Virus record (IMG/VR): IMGVR_UViG_2671180360_000002
From: a virus
Taxonomy: Duplodnaviria; Heunggongvirae; Uroviricota; Caudoviricetes
Length of the DNA: 23,431 bases
Strand: one strand, 5' to 3'
Of the stretch, positions 8,809 through 18,468 are shown piece by piece. The translations under genes and the position numbers were made by a program. The notes beneath the pieces were generated by a model, which ran no database searches, had not been told where the DNA came from, and saw only the letters and a list, made by a program, of their open reading frames with translations. Positions within the stretch are counted from its first letter, which is position 1; each line of letters begins with the position of its first letter.

Positions 8809-11411
8809 CGTCCACCTCCGGAGAACAGACCACCATCGCGCATCTGCCCGGTCACAACATCCATTGCCGCCTTACGGGCTACGTCATAAACAGCCTTCAG
8901 TGCCTGTGGCCCTATCTGACCGTTCGTGCCGTCGTTGTTAATCACCACATGGTTATTCTGCTCAAACGTCCCGGACGCCTGCGACCGGCTGTCCGCCATG
9001 CTGCCCGGTGTACCGACATAACCGCCGGTGGCATAGCCGCGCATCAGCCGGTAGAGATTCCCCACGCCAATCCGTCTGGTTGCCTCCTTCGTGAAGACGA
9101 ATTCACCGCGGTGAACAATTCCCGCTGGCTCATATTTGCCGCCGGTTCCCGTAAATCCTCCGGTTGCAAAATGGAATTTCGCCGCAGCGGCCTGAATGGC
9201 TGTACCGCCTGACGCGGATGCGCCGCCACCAACAGCCCCGCCAATGGCGCTGCCGATACTCCCGACAATCCCCACCATTGCCTGCTTAAGCAGAATTTCT
9301 GTCAGCATGGAGAGCACCGAACGGGTGAATCCCCGCCAGTTCTGTTCGCTGCCGGTCAGCATCGCCGCCATATTCTGTGCAATACCGTCAAAGGTCTGCG
9401 TGGCCACACTTTTTACCTGCGAAAAACTGTCCGTCGCACTTTCCGCCCACTCACCCCAGCCGGACTTCATCCCGGCCATCCAGCTTCCACGAAGCTGCTC
9501 CTCCGCAGACCAGGTGTTCTTCAGTGCAGATGTGGCCTTCGCCAGCGCATCCGGATTATCACCGTACACCTCACGAAGGCGCTGCTCTTCCGACTCCCGC
9601 TGCGCCTGACGGTCGGTGAGTCCGCGGGCTTTTGCGCTGATTGCCGCCTGCTTCGCACTCTGCTGCTGTTCAAACCGCGCCGCCTGCTGTGCCAGCTCAT
9701 TCAGCCGTTTCTGGTGTTCAACCTTGTCGCCCAGCTCAGCCAGCTGGCGTTTGTACTCCAGCGTCTCTTTCTCATGAGCCAGCAGGGATTTTTCCTGCTC
9801 AGATAACTGCCGTTTCGTGGCGGCCTCTTTCAGGACCACATACTGATTTTCCGCTTTCCATAAATCCCGGCGCTGCTGGCTGATTTTTTCATTCGCACCG
9901 CTGTGCTTCTCCAGCGTCCTGAGCTCAGTTTCAAGCGACAGCATGGCTGCATGCGCCCGGTCTTCCTGGCGCTCACCGGCAGACACCTTCACACCTGACG
10001 GCTTTTTCTGCGTCGATTCATAATCCTTTTTTGCCGACGCCATCAGCGTGTTGTAATCCGCCTGCAGGATTTTTCCGTCTTTCAGGGCCTTATTCAGCTC
10101 TTCCTGCCGGGCGGTATATTTCTCCAGTGGCGTCAGCAGGCGCTCATACGCCTTCTGCGCCTCTCCGGTATACTTCAGCTGTGACGACTCACGCTCAGCC
10201 CTGTCCCTTGCCGCCAGTTCACCGGCTTTTTCCATATCCGACTGCAGCGTTGCCGCTGCCAGACCCAGACGGGCATTTTCCCGGTCATCCCATGCGCCCT
10301 GAAGGTTGGCCCGGAAAGAGGAGGTTTTACCGCGGCGCTGGCTCCGGCTCTGGTACCACTGCCATTTTTTATCCGCCTCATCAAATGCCTTCTGCGCACT
10401 GGCGAGCATATCCGCTGAGGATTCCGGACGACCGATATCCAGGATGGCATCCCACATCGATTTGAACGCCTTCCCTGTTTTATCCGCCCAGGTCTCCAGC
10501 GTCCCCATGTTTTCTTTCAGGCGACGGGTCTGCTCATCAAAGCCTTTCGTGGCAATATCGTTCGCCGCCTGCAATGCCCCGGCCTCATCACCGGAACGCT
10601 GTAACTGTGCAACATACGCAATCTGCTCTGCCGTCACGTTATGGAACAGCTTCGCCATCGCAATCAGCCCCGACGTCGGGTCAGTGGTCAGTTTTCCGAA
10701 AGCCTCTGCAACCTTGTCCACCTCCACGTCGGATGCAGAAGCAAAACGCGCGACACTCTGGTTGATGGCATCAAACTGTTCACCACCACGCACACCGGCA
10801 TTCACCATGGCTGCCAGTGACTCTCTCGCCTGGTTAAACGTCAGCCCCGCGGCCTGTCCGGCTCTGGAGAGCGTCAGCATGCGATCGGCAGTCAGTCCGG
10901 ACTGATTACCGGAAAGAACCAGCGTTTTATTAAATTCTGAAAGCGTGGCGTCGCCCCGGTACCAGGCATACGCCAGCACCCCCGTGGCAGCAGCAAGCGC
11001 ACCAATTCCGACAGCAGGCAGCGAGACGGCCCCAGCCAGTCCCCGGAACATGGGGATCATCCCACCGAACGAGTCCTTAATCTGCCCGCCCTGTTGCAGC
11101 AGAATTAGCCAGGGATTCTGACCACCGGCAAGCTGCGTGGTCACGTCGGTGAACTGCATGGGTAGCGTACGCATGGCCGCTTTATACTGCCCGACGGAAA
11201 TCCCGGCTTTTTGTGCAGCCAGCGCCTGACGGCTCAGCCCCTGCTCAACAGCAGCGGCCTGTTTCTTAAAAGACTGGCTGACACGCACGGCCATCAAATC
11301 CGCAAGGTCACTGGCTTCACCCAGTTCTTTCTTTACCCGTGCAGCCTCTTCAGAAAAACGGGTTGAATCCAGTGTAAGAACAGCTGTCAGATCGGCAAAA
11401 TTACCCGCCAT
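8805..11411 (-). CDS. H: Tail tape measure protein H
   Basis: Long collinear match to lambda gpH as recalled (e.g. SRQALAAQKAGISVGQYKAAMR..., C-terminal ...MRDGGLFSGGGR). The track start at 11420 is a GTG; the in-frame ATG at 11411-11409 (MAGNFADL...) is preferred and overlaps the T stop (TAA 11403-11401). Confidence 0.95.
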   Translation of the reverse strand: MAGNFADLTAVLTLDSTRFSEEAARVKKELGEASDLADLMAVRVSQSFKKQAAAVEQGLSRQALAAQKAGISVGQYKAAMRTLPMQFTDVTTQLAGGQNPWLILLQQGGQIKDSFGGMIPMFRGLAGAVSLPAVGIGALAAATGVLAYAWYRGDATLSEFNKTLVLSGNQSGLTADRMLTLSRAGQAAGLTFNQARESLAAMVNAGVRGGEQFDAINQSVARFASASDVEVDKVAEAFGKLTTDPTSGLIAMAKLFHNVTAEQIAYVAQLQRSGDEAGALQAANDIATKGFDEQTRRLKENMGTLETWADKTGKAFKSMWDAILDIGRPESSADMLASAQKAFDEADKKWQWYQSRSQRRGKTSSFRANLQGAWDDRENARLGLAAATLQSDMEKAGELAARDRAERESSQLKYTGEAQKAYERLLTPLEKYTARQEELNKALKDGKILQADYNTLMASAKKDYESTQKKPSGVKVSAGERQEDRAHAAMLSLETELRTLEKHSGANEKISQQRRDLWKAENQYVVLKEAATKRQLSEQEKSLLAHEKETLEYKRQLAELGDKVEHQKRLNELAQQAARFEQQQSAKQAAISAKARGLTDRQAQRESEEQRLREVYGDNPDALAKATSALKNTWSAEEQLRGSWMAGMKSGWGEWAESATDSFSQVKSVATQTFDGIAQNMAAMLTGSEQNWRGFTRSVLSMLTEILLKQAMVGIVGSIGSAIGGAVGGGASASGGTAIQAAAAKFHFATGGFTGTGGKYEPAGIVHRGEFVFTKEATRRIGVGNLYRLMRGYATGGYVGTPGSMADSRSQASGTFEQNNHVVINNDGTNGQIGPQALKAVYDVARKAAMDVVTGQMRDGGLFSGGGR

Positions 11412-11856
11412 AGCGTACACCTCCTGGAATTCCCTCAGACACCATCATCAGCATGGCTTCATCCTCTGTACTGCTCCGCATGTCATCACTGACCATAACG
11501 ATTTCCTTCCCGTCAGCCCCAAAGCGGACACCACCAGAAAGACCTGCCGCTTTCCGCATCAGCATATCGTCCTCATCCGGCATCTCCGTCTGCTCATCAT
11601 CACGTCGGGGTGCCAGCAGACTGAAATCAGAGGGATGCATATCCGGATCGCAAAAAAACAGGCTGAGTACAGCGTACGTCAGCCCGGAAAAATGCATATC
11701 CAGCTGGGTATCCTGAAAATAATGCGTGCGGTAAAAACGGTGCCAGTCGGCATATTCGGTGGATGTCATCCCGGCAAGCATGGCGCGCCAGTCGGGTCTC
11801 CCCATCTCACGCGCCAGTCTGAGGGCAAAGTTCAGCTCACCGTCGAAGACTTTCCC
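11401..11856 (-). CDS. T: T segment of the tail assembly chaperone G-T, reached by -1 frameshift from G
   Basis: The -1 frame downstream of the slippery heptamer is open to TAA 11403-11401 and encodes ...FDGELNFALRLAREMGRPDWRAMLAGMTSTEYADW... The T frame overlaps the 3' end of G. This arrangement is the lambda G/G-T frameshift. Confidence 0.8.
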   Translation of the reverse strand, partial: GKVFDGELNFALRLAREMGRPDWRAMLAGMTSTEYADWHRFYRTHYFQDTQLDMHFSGLTYAVLSLFFCDPDMHPSDFSLLAPRRDDEQTEMPDEDDMLMRKAAGLSGGVRFGADGKEIVMVSDDMRSSTEDEAMLMMVSEGIPGGVRYGG

Positions 11857-12263
11857 GCAGAAAAATCATCATCAGTCAGCGTGTTATTTTTCGCCACTTC
11901 AGTAATATCAGTATCCGGACGAACAGCTTCGATCATCCCGGACAGGCACAACACCACGTCTTCCGCCCGGGCAATGGCATCGGCAGGCCAGGTGGTGAGC
12001 ACTTCCTGCTCTATCTTCATCACGGCCTCATTCATTGACGGTGACTGCGTTTTCTGTGGATGGTTATGCCACAGGGACATCGCCACCAGAAACGCGCCGG
12101 TTCTGACAAGATCTTCCACACTCACCTGCAGGTTGCCGCTGGCTTCAGCCTCTTCTGCCCGCCGTTTCAGGAGGGCAAGATGCTCAATACGCTGCAGCGC
12201 AGACAGCTCAGAAAGCGTGACGGATACACCGTTATATTCAAATTGTTCTGTTTTCAGGAACAT
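11832..12263 (-). CDS. G: Tail assembly chaperone G
   Basis: The 143-aa translation MFLKTEQFEYNGVSVTLSELSALQRIEHLALLKRRAEEAEASGN... matches lambda gpG as recalled and ends ...SAGKSSTVS. Confidence 0.93.
   Translation of the reverse strand: MFLKTEQFEYNGVSVTLSELSALQRIEHLALLKRRAEEAEASGNLQVSVEDLVRTGAFLVAMSLWHNHPQKTQSPSMNEAVMKIEQEVLTTWPADAIARAEDVVLCLSGMIEAVRPDTDITEVAKNNTLTDDDFSAGKSSTVS
11850..11856 (-). promoter_or_regulatory. Programmed -1 ribosomal frameshift slippery site GGGAAAG (G to G-T)
   Basis: The minus-strand heptamer G GGA AAG sits in the G frame (codons gcG GGA AAG), 6 codons before the G stop. It is the same heptamer used for the lambda G-T frameshift. Confidence 0.8.
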
Positions 12264-12281
12264 CGCTTATCTCTCAGCTCT

Positions 12282-13028
12282 TTAGCCACCCGGCACATTA
12301 TTAACGGTAATTTCAGCCACCGCAGCAAACTGACCATTACCGGAAATCACAGGGATGCTGACTTTTCCATCCTTAACCCCCGTCACAGTAATCGTCATAT
12401 CTTTCACGCTAATGGTGGCTTTTGATGGATCGGCGGAAATCGCCCTGAATGTCTTATCCGTTGCATTTTCCGGTTCCACAGTAACGGTCAGGGTGGTTGT
12501 TTTCCCTTTTTCAACCGTACCTGTCGGCGTTACCTTAATCGCAGTGACCGGCGTAATTTTGCTGCGTTCTTCCGCTACAGAAGGTTTACCCACGTTAGTG
12601 ACTTTCACCGTGCGGGTGATCACTTCTTTCGCCGTCACGGCCTTACCGATACTGCTGACCCAGCCACGAAACACATCCACCGTGCCATTCGGAAAACGGA
12701 TTTTATAGGCCCGGACATCGCCGCTTTCAAACCAGCCTATAAGCCCTTTCTGGCCTTCCTCTCCCGGTTTCCAGGCCAGTGTAAAACTGGTATCACCTGC
12801 AGATTTCTGTCCCTGCCCGGTCGCGCTCCAGTCCGCGTCTTCATCATCCAGGTAGTTATCATCGTAGGATTCTGCCGTCATCTCGCCCGGCGTCAGATCC
12901 TTCACCTTAGCCAGTCGCTGCCAGTCATCATCTGACAACGGGTTGGCATAAGCATCATCCTTGCCGGTGTACACCCATAGTGTGGTGCCGGAACCTTTCA
13001 CCGGCTCAAGAGGATTTGGTATTGCCAT
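12282..13028 (-). CDS. V: Major tail protein V (tail tube, with C-terminal Ig-like domain)
   Basis: The 248-aa translation [67 protein letters not shown]... matches lambda gpV as recalled. Confidence 0.95.
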   Translation of the reverse strand: MAIPNPLEPVKGSGTTLWVYTGKDDAYANPLSDDDWQRLAKVKDLTPGEMTAESYDDNYLDDEDADWSATGQGQKSAGDTSFTLAWKPGEEGQKGLIGWFESGDVRAYKIRFPNGTVDVFRGWVSSIGKAVTAKEVITRTVKVTNVGKPSVAEERSKITPVTAIKVTPTGTVEKGKTTTLTVTVEPENATDKTFRAISADPSKATISVKDMTITVTGVKDGKVSIPVISGNGQFAAVAEITVNNVPGG

Positions 13029-13035
13029 ATCGTCC

Positions 13036-13434
13036 TCACATCTCGTAGGTAATTTTCCACAGGAGATCTGCCGATCCCCACATCATAAACTCATCATCCC
13101 GGCGGTAGTCATACCCCTGAAGATTCATCTTCAGCAGTAACGCACTGAGGCCGGGAACCGCCTCCAGCGCAGGAAGGATTTTCTCTTCCATCCACATATC
13201 CAGTGCCGAGTCCGGTTCTTTTGCCCTGAGAAAAACTTCAATATGCAGTGTCGCCTCCCAGGTCCCCTCATCAACGAACTCGTCAGCAGCAGACGCATCA
13301 GTCAGGTAAACAGCAACAGCAGGCAGTTCCTGTTCATCAATAAAAACCGGGCGGCCGTCAAACCAGCTCACCCGCTCAGAAATATTGTCTTTCAGGGCAG
13401 ACAGAACTGCCGTCCGTATTTCACGGTGTTTCAT
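13036..13434 (-). CDS. U: Tail terminator protein U
   Basis: The 132-aa translation [17 protein letters not shown]...ELHIEVFL...[25 protein letters not shown] matches lambda gpU as recalled. Confidence 0.93.
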   Translation of the reverse strand: MKHREIRTAVLSALKDNISERVSWFDGRPVFIDEQELPAVAVYLTDASAADEFVDEGTWEATLHIEVFLRAKEPDSALDMWMEEKILPALEAVPGLSALLLKMNLQGYDYRRDDEFMMWGSADLLWKITYEM

Positions 13435-13446
13435 ACACCCTCCCTG

Positions 13447-14076
13447 TCATTTTCTTTTCAGCACCAGGCGTAACTGATGCGTCATGGCTTTCATCATCTG
13501 CGCCGGTAATTTTTCCCGGTACATCCGGTCCCGTTCACGTTCAAAAGTTTCTGCCAGCGGTCCGGCAGTCGGAATTTTCACCACTTCAATCGGCAGACGG
13601 TAGCGTTTCGGCCTCCCTTTGCTGTCAGCACCGGTGGACGATGGTGCCCACGGCATACGCTGCATCACATGCCAGCGTCCGTTAGCCAGCCGGGTGATAA
13701 AGGCGTCCGGGATCCGTCTTTTCCCCACAATCAGCACACTGCCGCCCCCTTTCTTGACCGAACGCTCGCCTTTCTTTCGTCGCTTTCTGCGGGAAAGCCG
13801 CACGCTGGCCGTCCCCAGTTTTATGGCGGGCAGATTACCGGTGTTGATGATGACCTTCGCATAAATCCTGTCTGCGCTAGCCCGTTGCAGGCGGATACGC
13901 TCACGGATGAGACGGCGCGGAACCGCCAGCTCCCTGGCAACCGAAGAGGCCGTTTTCGCGATGATGGACTCCGCCACACGGTTAAGTGTCGTGGCGGCAG
14001 CCCGGGGAACGGCACGGCGGTCAATTGCATCCAGATTTTTCATGGCCTGCGCCAGACCTTTTATTGCCATACTCAT
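13447..14076 (-). CDS. Z: Tail completion protein Z
   Basis: The translation MSMAIKGLAQAMKNLDAIDRRAVPRAAATTLNRVAES...SRRKRRKKGERSVKKGGGSVLIVGKRRIPDAFITRLANGRWHVMQR... matches lambda gpZ as recalled. Its start overlaps the upstream stop (ATGA). Confidence 0.93.
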   Translation of the reverse strand: MSMAIKGLAQAMKNLDAIDRRAVPRAAATTLNRVAESIIAKTASSVARELAVPRRLIRERIRLQRASADRIYAKVIINTGNLPAIKLGTASVRLSRRKRRKKGERSVKKGGGSVLIVGKRRIPDAFITRLANGRWHVMQRMPWAPSSTGADSKGRPKRYRLPIEVVKIPTAGPLAETFERERDRMYREKLPAQMMKAMTHQLRLVLKRK

Positions 14077-14354
14077 TCCTGTTCGACAAAAATCCGGGGT
14101 TTACCGTTGTACGTGTCATAACGGGTCACCGTCAGTGTGCGCCCCGCAAACACAACAACATCATGACGGGCCGGACGGTACCGGGCTGAAAACACCACCA
14201 GTGACAACTGGCTGCCCGAAAGCGCCCCCATCTCCGCGGACTCTTCCTCCGGCATCACGTCATACACGACGCCGTTAATCTCCGCCTGTTTGCCCATCAC
14301 CCGAACGGTCGCCCCGTCCATCCGGCAACACATTCGCGTAAACAGATCAGACAT
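14073..14354 (-). CDS. Small head-tail joining / head completion protein (FII-position, not lambda FII)
   Basis: A 93-aa ORF whose ATG (14354-14352) overlaps the upstream stop and whose stop overlaps the Z start, so it is translationally coupled within the structural operon. It occupies the lambda FII position but the sequence is not lambda-like. Confidence 0.6.
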   Translation of the reverse strand: MSDLFTRMCCRMDGATVRVMGKQAEINGVVYDVMPEEESAEMGALSGSQLSLVVFSARYRPARHDVVVFAGRTLTVTRYDTYNGKPRIFVEQE

Positions 14355-14673
14355 TGATTTTTACCGCCACAGTGGCGCTGTTTGCAGGAGCATTTTCCCA
14401 GGCTACCCCCGCGGCCACCGCACCCTCTGCAGCCAGCTGCACAACCCCGTCCTTCAGATAAACCACCGCGCCGGACTGAATGTCGTCAGCAGACTGTTTG
14501 GGCAGAAGGAACACGCCTTCGGCAAAACCGTCACCGGCATCACCGGCAGGAATATCTGTAATGGCCACGGCCACCATACTGCCGACCACCACCGCAGCAC
14601 CGCTCAGGATGGTCTGATCTCCGGCATTCACCAGTTCAATGGTGGTACCGTCCTGTACAAAATTTTTCGCCAT
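14347..14673 (-). CDS. Small head-module protein following the capsid gene (DUF2190-like; possible decoration or connector protein)
   Basis: A 108-aa Gly/Ala/Val-rich ORF, MAKNFVQDGTTIELVNAGDQ..., with ATG at 14673-14671 preceded by GGAGAAA. It sits directly after the major capsid gene. The product assignment is tentative and from memory. Confidence 0.6.
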   Translation of the reverse strand: MAKNFVQDGTTIELVNAGDQTILSGAAVVVGSMVAVAITDIPAGDAGDGFAEGVFLLPKQSADDIQSGAVVYLKDGVVQLAAEGAVAAGVAWENAPANSATVAVKINV

Positions 14674-14717
14674 AATGCTGTTTCTCCGGACAGCCCCTGT
14701 GGGGCTGTTTTTCAGGC

Positions 14718-14738
14718 ATAAAAAAAGCCCTTTCGGGC
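14718..14738 (-). terminator. Short attenuator-like terminator after the major capsid gene
   Basis: On the minus strand GCCC-gaaa-GGGC (14727-14738) is followed by TTTTTTTA (plus-strand A-run 14720-14726). A second hairpin ACAGCCCC/GGGGCTGT lies at 14690-14708. Both sit between the capsid stop (14761) and the next start (14673). Confidence 0.4.
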
Positions 14739-14760
14739 AGTGATTGTGATAACTCGGTTA

Positions 14761-16740
14761 TCAGGCCACCGACGAACGCACCAGCCCGCGCCAGTCAAGT
14801 GGTGCCACTCCGGCATCAATACGGATTTTTGTGGCAATGCCGTCAGTGGTGAAACCTTCCTGCTGATCAATGTATGGCGTGTCCACACCATCCAGCCAGG
14901 CCACTTCAATGGTGTCAGTGCCCTGTGCCGCCGCCAGATACCAGGTTTTCGGATCTGCCGCATCAAGACGCGCTTCTGCAATCACCTCAGCAAAGTTCTG
15001 GATGGGGTTAATGACACCGGCGTTTGCATCCGCCCCTTTCACACTGGCCGATTTGATGGTCTGGTTCGCCACCGTCTCCAGTGCCACCGGTACCAGCATA
15101 AAGGCCGGACGGATATTCAGGGCGCGATCGCCTTCTTTCTGCAGGCGCATCATCTGACGGGCCGCATCCAGTCCGGAAACGGAAATCCCACCGGTGGCAA
15201 TATTTTTGTGATCGGCATGGAACAGCGCCTTACCGTCTGACAGTTTCGGGTTATCCGTCAGCACCTTGTAAACCAGGTCACCAATCGTTGCCTTCGCCGC
15301 ACGCCCCATCTTCATCGGCACGTCCACCAGCATATTCAGATCATCATTGATAATGGCCTGGCGGGTGATGGAGAAAATCTCCCCGTAAGTGGCCAGTGCA
15401 ATGGTCTCCTTGCGATCTGAGGTGGTGATGTATTTATACTCCGCCCCCTCACGAACCTGGCGCAGAGAACCAAAACCGCCCATCCCCACGCGATACGCTG
15501 TTTTGAAGTCTGACAGGCGTCCCTTACGGGTCCACTTCTGGAAGGTTTCTTCTGATTCCTCCCAGCCCTGGATCAGCCCCTTGTTCGACACATCCAGCAG
15601 AATATTGCCAAAATCAGAGGTGCTGTGCGTCAGCGCCAGCCCGACCATCTGCATGGGGTTATAACTGGCCACCCCAATACCGCGCTCCGTCAGTGACATG
15701 CGAGCCCATTCACGCAGGGTCATCCCGTTATAGGCGTTATCCTTCTCGACATTTTCAAATCCGGCACGGGCCAGCATCGCCTGGCGGATCCCGTCCCCCA
15801 CAAAATTGCCGTTTCCGGCATAAATATGAGCCGGTGTATTTTTGTTGGTCGGCGAGGACTCCTTGCCCATTTCATTCAGCAGACGTTCACGGGCCATTTC
15901 CAGCGAACAGTCAGGATCAGCCACGCACTGTGCCTGAAGCGTCTGATAGCGACCGCCGAACATGGCAAACAGATCGTTAATGCCTGACATGCGGGCTTTC
16001 TGTTCTGCCATAACGCGGGCGCGAATGGTCGCCTCATCAGACACTGCCGGTACCGGTGATGGTTCTGTTACCGCCGGTGCAGGGATTGTCACTGTGGTAT
16101 CACGCGGGGCACTGTTGTATGGCTGCGTGATCATATTTCGGATGGATTCCGGCATCTTTTTAAATTCCTCTGTACGTTTTGACTGAATACATGCCATTGC
16201 CTTAACGGCTGGCGTCACCTGGTCTGCAAATCCGTGTGCCAGACACTCGGCACCGGACATCCAGGTCTCATCCGCCAGCATGGCGGCAATTTCATCGGTA
16301 GTTTTTCCGGTTTTCTGCGCATATACCGGCACCATAACCGACTCAAGTTTGTCCAGACGTTCGGCATAAGTGCGCATTTTCTCCGCATCACCACCGCTGA
16401 TCCCCCAGGGTTTATGGATCATCATGAAGGCATTTTCCGGCATAATGACCGTGTCACCGGCCATCGCAATCAGGGATGCCATCGAGGCGGCAACGCCATC
16501 CACATACACGGTAATGGCCGCACCGTGATTTTTCAGGGCATTAAAAATGGCGATGCCTTCAAAGACATCGCCACCCGGTGAGTTGATGTGGAGATTAATG
16601 TGGGTGATATCACCCAGGGCATTCATATCGCTGACAAACTGCTTCGCGGTAACTCCCCAGAAACCAATCTCGTCATAAATATAAATATCCGCCTCACCCT
16701 GACCACCCGCCTGCATCCTGAACCAGGATTTATTCTTCAT
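14761..16740 (-). CDS. Prohead protease (ClpP-like) / scaffold / major capsid protein fusion
   Basis: ATG at 16740-16738 gives MKNKSWFRMQAGGQGEADIYIYDEIGFWGV... The N-terminal domain carries a ClpP-type serine motif (GVAASMASLIAMAG). A central Pro/Ala/Glu-rich linker precedes a C-terminal domain of about 300 aa with capsid-like character, all in one 659-aa frame. The track ORF (to 16932) extends upstream into the portal gene, so the internal ATG is preferred. Confidence 0.85.
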   Translation of the reverse strand: MKNKSWFRMQAGGQGEADIYIYDEIGFWGVTAKQFVSDMNALGDITHINLHINSPGGDVFEGIAIFNALKNHGAAITVYVDGVAASMASLIAMAGDTVIMPENAFMMIHKPWGISGGDAEKMRTYAERLDKLESVMVPVYAQKTGKTTDEIAAMLADETWMSGAECLAHGFADQVTPAVKAMACIQSKRTEEFKKMPESIRNMITQPYNSAPRDTTVTIPAPAVTEPSPVPAVSDEATIRARVMAEQKARMSGINDLFAMFGGRYQTLQAQCVADPDCSLEMARERLLNEMGKESSPTNKNTPAHIYAGNGNFVGDGIRQAMLARAGFENVEKDNAYNGMTLREWARMSLTERGIGVASYNPMQMVGLALTHSTSDFGNILLDVSNKGLIQGWEESEETFQKWTRKGRLSDFKTAYRVGMGGFGSLRQVREGAEYKYITTSDRKETIALATYGEIFSITRQAIINDDLNMLVDVPMKMGRAAKATIGDLVYKVLTDNPKLSDGKALFHADHKNIATGGISVSGLDAARQMMRLQKEGDRALNIRPAFMLVPVALETVANQTIKSASVKGADANAGVINPIQNFAEVIAEARLDAADPKTWYLAAAQGTDTIEVAWLDGVDTPYIDQQEGFTTDGIATKIRIDAGVAPLDWRGLVRSSVA

Positions 16741-18232
16741 GCTGGCTGTCGGTGGCCTGCTGACGCTGTTGTTCAGTTCCGGCACTGTTGCCTCCTTTGT
16801 CGTTGACGGGGTCAGTATCAAAGACCAGCCCCAGTCTGCTGTTTTCATCAATTTCAGCCTTGCGGCGACGTTTGACCTCATCCGGATTGCGCCCGCCGGC
16901 ACGCACCCAGTCAGATTCTGTCGCTGCACCACCCCGGATCTGAATTCTCCAGGCTTCAGCTTCCTTAACCGGGTCGATCCACGGCATCACCGGACCGGAA
17001 TACGTCGCGTTATATAGCGTTTTCATCTCCACATCCGCCGGAATTTTCAGCAGACCTGCCGCAACCACCATATTCAGCCATGTCCGGTACACCGGACGGG
17101 TTACCGCGCCAATAAAACAGTCCTGCAGGATCAGGTAACCATCCGTGGACTCGACCAGCTCCTGCCGCTGGGCACTGTAGGTGCCGTTATAGTTACGCGC
17201 CGCACTGGAAAAACTCAGACGACTGCCCGCTGCCACTGCACGCAACTGGCCGTTGCGGAAAGTTTCAAGGTTGGGATTGGGACGGTCTGATTTGACCATG
17301 CCGATATCCTCGCCCTTGCGCAAATCGTCATAAATAATACCCGGGGTGATATGGACTTCCCGGTCGGTTTCTTTGATCCCCGGCTCTTCATAGTCCTGCC
17401 CGTCACCTTTACGGATATACAGTCCCAGCGCCGCGGCAATACGCGCCGCAGTGAGTTCCGCATCCTCATACTCCTTAAGGGCACTGATCCGCATCAGCAC
17501 CCCCGATAACATGGATGAGCCTCGCGTCTGATGCAGACGACGAGTGAACTTCAGGTGGATCATTTTTCCGGCAGCGATTTCTTTCGTATCACTCTGCCGG
17601 CCGCTGACCGGATAATTTTTATAAACCAGATATTTTTTCGGTCTTCCCCACTCATCAAGAAAAACCCCCTGATTCAGTCCGGCGGATTCATCAGTGCGCA
17701 TGGGAACAAAATCCGGCTCCATCGCCTCAAGCCAGAATGGCACTCCCGCCGTCCGTTCCAGACCGTTTCCCGCACCACTGACCATCTGCGCAAACACTTC
17801 ACCATCCCGCAGCCAGGTCCGCAGCAGTAAACGTTCAAGCACGGGACGGGTATACTGCCCTGTCACATCCGGACTCACGGACCACTCAGCCCACAACCGG
17901 CGGATATCCGCAGCCAGCTCTGCCGCCATTTCCCCGTTTTTTCGTAATGGCTGAGGCTCCACAATAATTCCCCTGGCACCAATCACCCGCTCTTCCAGCT
18001 TGTCAAACACACCAATCACCAGGTCATGATTGATATCCAGAAAACGGGCCTGCTCCCGCAGGGAAACCGCACCGTATTTACTGAGCTGATCAGCAGAGCG
18101 ATTTTCCCGCCGGGCTTTATGTGTCCGGGTCGGTTTCACCGCCTCATAGGCCATGATTAACGCCCTTGAACGCAGTCTGGCTGCTTTCCAGCCGGGGGAA
18201 AACACGCCTATCACATCATCAATAATTGCCAT
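16730..18232 (-). CDS. Portal protein
   Basis: A 500-aa ORF between W and the protease gene. Its ATG (18232-18230) overlaps the W stop (TAATG). Size and position fit a lambda-family portal; the C-terminus is acidic and Gln-rich. Confidence 0.88.
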   Translation of the reverse strand: MAIIDDVIGVFSPGWKAARLRSRALIMAYEAVKPTRTHKARRENRSADQLSKYGAVSLREQARFLDINHDLVIGVFDKLEERVIGARGIIVEPQPLRKNGEMAAELAADIRRLWAEWSVSPDVTGQYTRPVLERLLLRTWLRDGEVFAQMVSGAGNGLERTAGVPFWLEAMEPDFVPMRTDESAGLNQGVFLDEWGRPKKYLVYKNYPVSGRQSDTKEIAAGKMIHLKFTRRLHQTRGSSMLSGVLMRISALKEYEDAELTAARIAAALGLYIRKGDGQDYEEPGIKETDREVHITPGIIYDDLRKGEDIGMVKSDRPNPNLETFRNGQLRAVAAGSRLSFSSAARNYNGTYSAQRQELVESTDGYLILQDCFIGAVTRPVYRTWLNMVVAAGLLKIPADVEMKTLYNATYSGPVMPWIDPVKEAEAWRIQIRGGAATESDWVRAGGRNPDEVKRRRKAEIDENSRLGLVFDTDPVNDKGGNSAGTEQQRQQATDSQHEE

Positions 18233-18468
18233 TAAAACCTCGCCAGTTTAAATCCTGGTTTTCCCCGCCTGCGGCTCACCATCGCGGCAAGCCTGCGTTC
18301 CCACTCCTGACGTCCGGCGCGGATCTGAGAAAGGCTTTCCAGCGTCAGTTGCTGTCCGTTGAAGGTGACAGACTTCCCCTCCAGTACGGCCATTTCCGCT
18401 TCACGGTACCGCTGTATCATTTCTCTGGCTTCTTCTGTGCTCACAACCAGCCTCCTGATGTTATCCAT
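18232..18468 (-). CDS. W: Head-tail joining protein W-like
   Basis: A 78-aa ORF, MDNIRRLVVSTEEAREMIQRYREAEMAVLEGKSVTFNGQQLTLESL...RRRGKPGFKLARF, resembling lambda gpW in pattern and C-terminus as recalled. It sits between the large terminase and portal genes as in lambda. Confidence 0.8.
   Translation of the reverse strand: MDNIRRLVVSTEEAREMIQRYREAEMAVLEGKSVTFNGQQLTLESLSQIRAGRQEWERRLAAMVSRRRGKPGFKLARF

Noticed and set aside
9196-10905. Several plus-strand ORFs (e.g. 10306..10905, 10031..10465)
   Set aside because: They are antisense to the tape measure gene H, with Pro/Ala/Ser-rich low-complexity translations.
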